Positions 46,981 to 47,549 of a stretch of DNA of 47,549 bases are shown here, piece by piece. The stretch lies in the NCBI GenBank assembly GCA_014729025.1, contig WJKP01000031.1:1-47549 (forward strand). Direction: 5' to 3'. Each line of letters starts with the position of its first letter. The first letter of the stretch is position 1. The notes beneath the pieces were generated by a model. The model saw only the letters and a program-made list of their open reading frames with translations, ran no database searches and was not told where the DNA came from. A program made the position numbers and the translations under genes. Source of the stretch: Candidatus Buchananbacteria bacterium (GTDB lineage: Bacteria > Patescibacteriota > Patescibacteriia > CAIXNZ01).

Positions 46981-47400
46981 ATGTTGGAAAAAATCAAAAA
47001 ATCGACGATGGCGGTTATTACAGGAGTAATCCAGTTGAACAGCTGCTATGATAAGCAGCGTCATAAAATCAAGACACTGGAGTCATCGTTGAATAAACTC
47101 GGAAACCCGGGCTTTACTTTTGAAGACCCGGAACCGTTTTACCAAGACGCCGAAGATGAATTTTATTTAATCTTCATCTTCGGCACAATCCGATGGACGA
47201 CTCTGGATGCTGACACTGGCTATTCCAGTAGCTTATCGGATATTTCACTCAGCATGGTAGAACCGATTCTAGGTCGTCTTCCAAGCTTCCTAGAAGCCTA
47301 CCAAAAGGATCTGGAAAAAACGGAAGAAGAAAACAAAATGAGCCTGGAACGGCTCAGCGAAGTCGTTGAAGCGCTCAACGCCGTCTTCAGCGACAAATAA
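46981..47400 (+). CDS. Hypothetical protein (SD-led, GC-richer)
   Basis: AAGGAG SD before ATG 46981; 139 aa; terminator gcgagga/tcctcgc-tttttt follows. Confidence 0.7.
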   Translation: MLEKIKKSTMAVITGVIQLNSCYDKQRHKIKTLESSLNKLGNPGFTFEDPEPFYQDAEDEFYLIFIFGTIRWTTLDADTGYSSSLSDISLSMVEPILGRLPSFLEAYQKDLEKTEEENKMSLERLSEVVEALNAVFSDK

Positions 47401-47549
47401 GCTCCACGGGTCCGCGAGGAACCTTTAATCCTCGCTTTTTTATTTGTTAAAATTCTGAAATTATGTTTATTATTTTGCCAATTTATAATATTATTGACAA
47501 TGTGTTTTAAATTTGTTATAACCTTCTGATCATACATATCCTAATTATA

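Noticed and set aside
2428-47537. Many short ORF-track entries overlapping real genes (e.g. 2428-2712, 2897-3250, 11325-11621, 12889-13152, 14639-15013, 15819-16097, 23839-24114, 31094-31297, 41741-41974, 46810-47064, 47298-47537)
   Set aside because: They are antisense or frame-shifted shadows of well-supported genes, with no motifs or initiation signals.

Overview
This is an AT-rich bacterial chromosome segment read with the standard code: TGA is a stop, for example in the ATGA overlap at 17279-17282. Gene content and style suggest a Patescibacteria (CPR, Parcubacteria-like) genome; this is an inference. It is mostly housekeeping: rpmE-prfA-prmC, rplY, rodA, gyrB, secE-nusG-rplK-rplA, gatB, miaA, miaB, thrS, dnaE, rtcB with archease, prs, yvcK/glmR and lexA. 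It also holds a truncated FG-GAP/Calx-beta surface protein and a tight pyrimidine-nucleotide operon (HIGH nucleotidyltransferase, dCMP deaminase, HIT, MtrA-like/thymidylate synthase/DUF4346 fusion, dUTPase, followed by an atypical dTMP kinase). I saw no rRNA, tRNA, CRISPR array, integrase or transposase. The strongest signals are these. (1) There are two gene classes: core genes have no Shine-Dalgarno (SD), while 11 mostly orphan genes in self-contained units carry near-perfect SDs. (2) The thrS T-box has an ultra-short Stem I. (3) An L1-binding site is wired to a terminator/antiterminator switch. (4) A ~240-nt multibranch RNA lies divergent from a GxGD protease-archease-RtcB operon. (5) lexA has a direct-repeat operator next to a DnaA box. 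(6) A duplicated miaB 3' tail carries a covarying hairpin. All family assignments come from motif recognition by eye; no database search or folding program was run.
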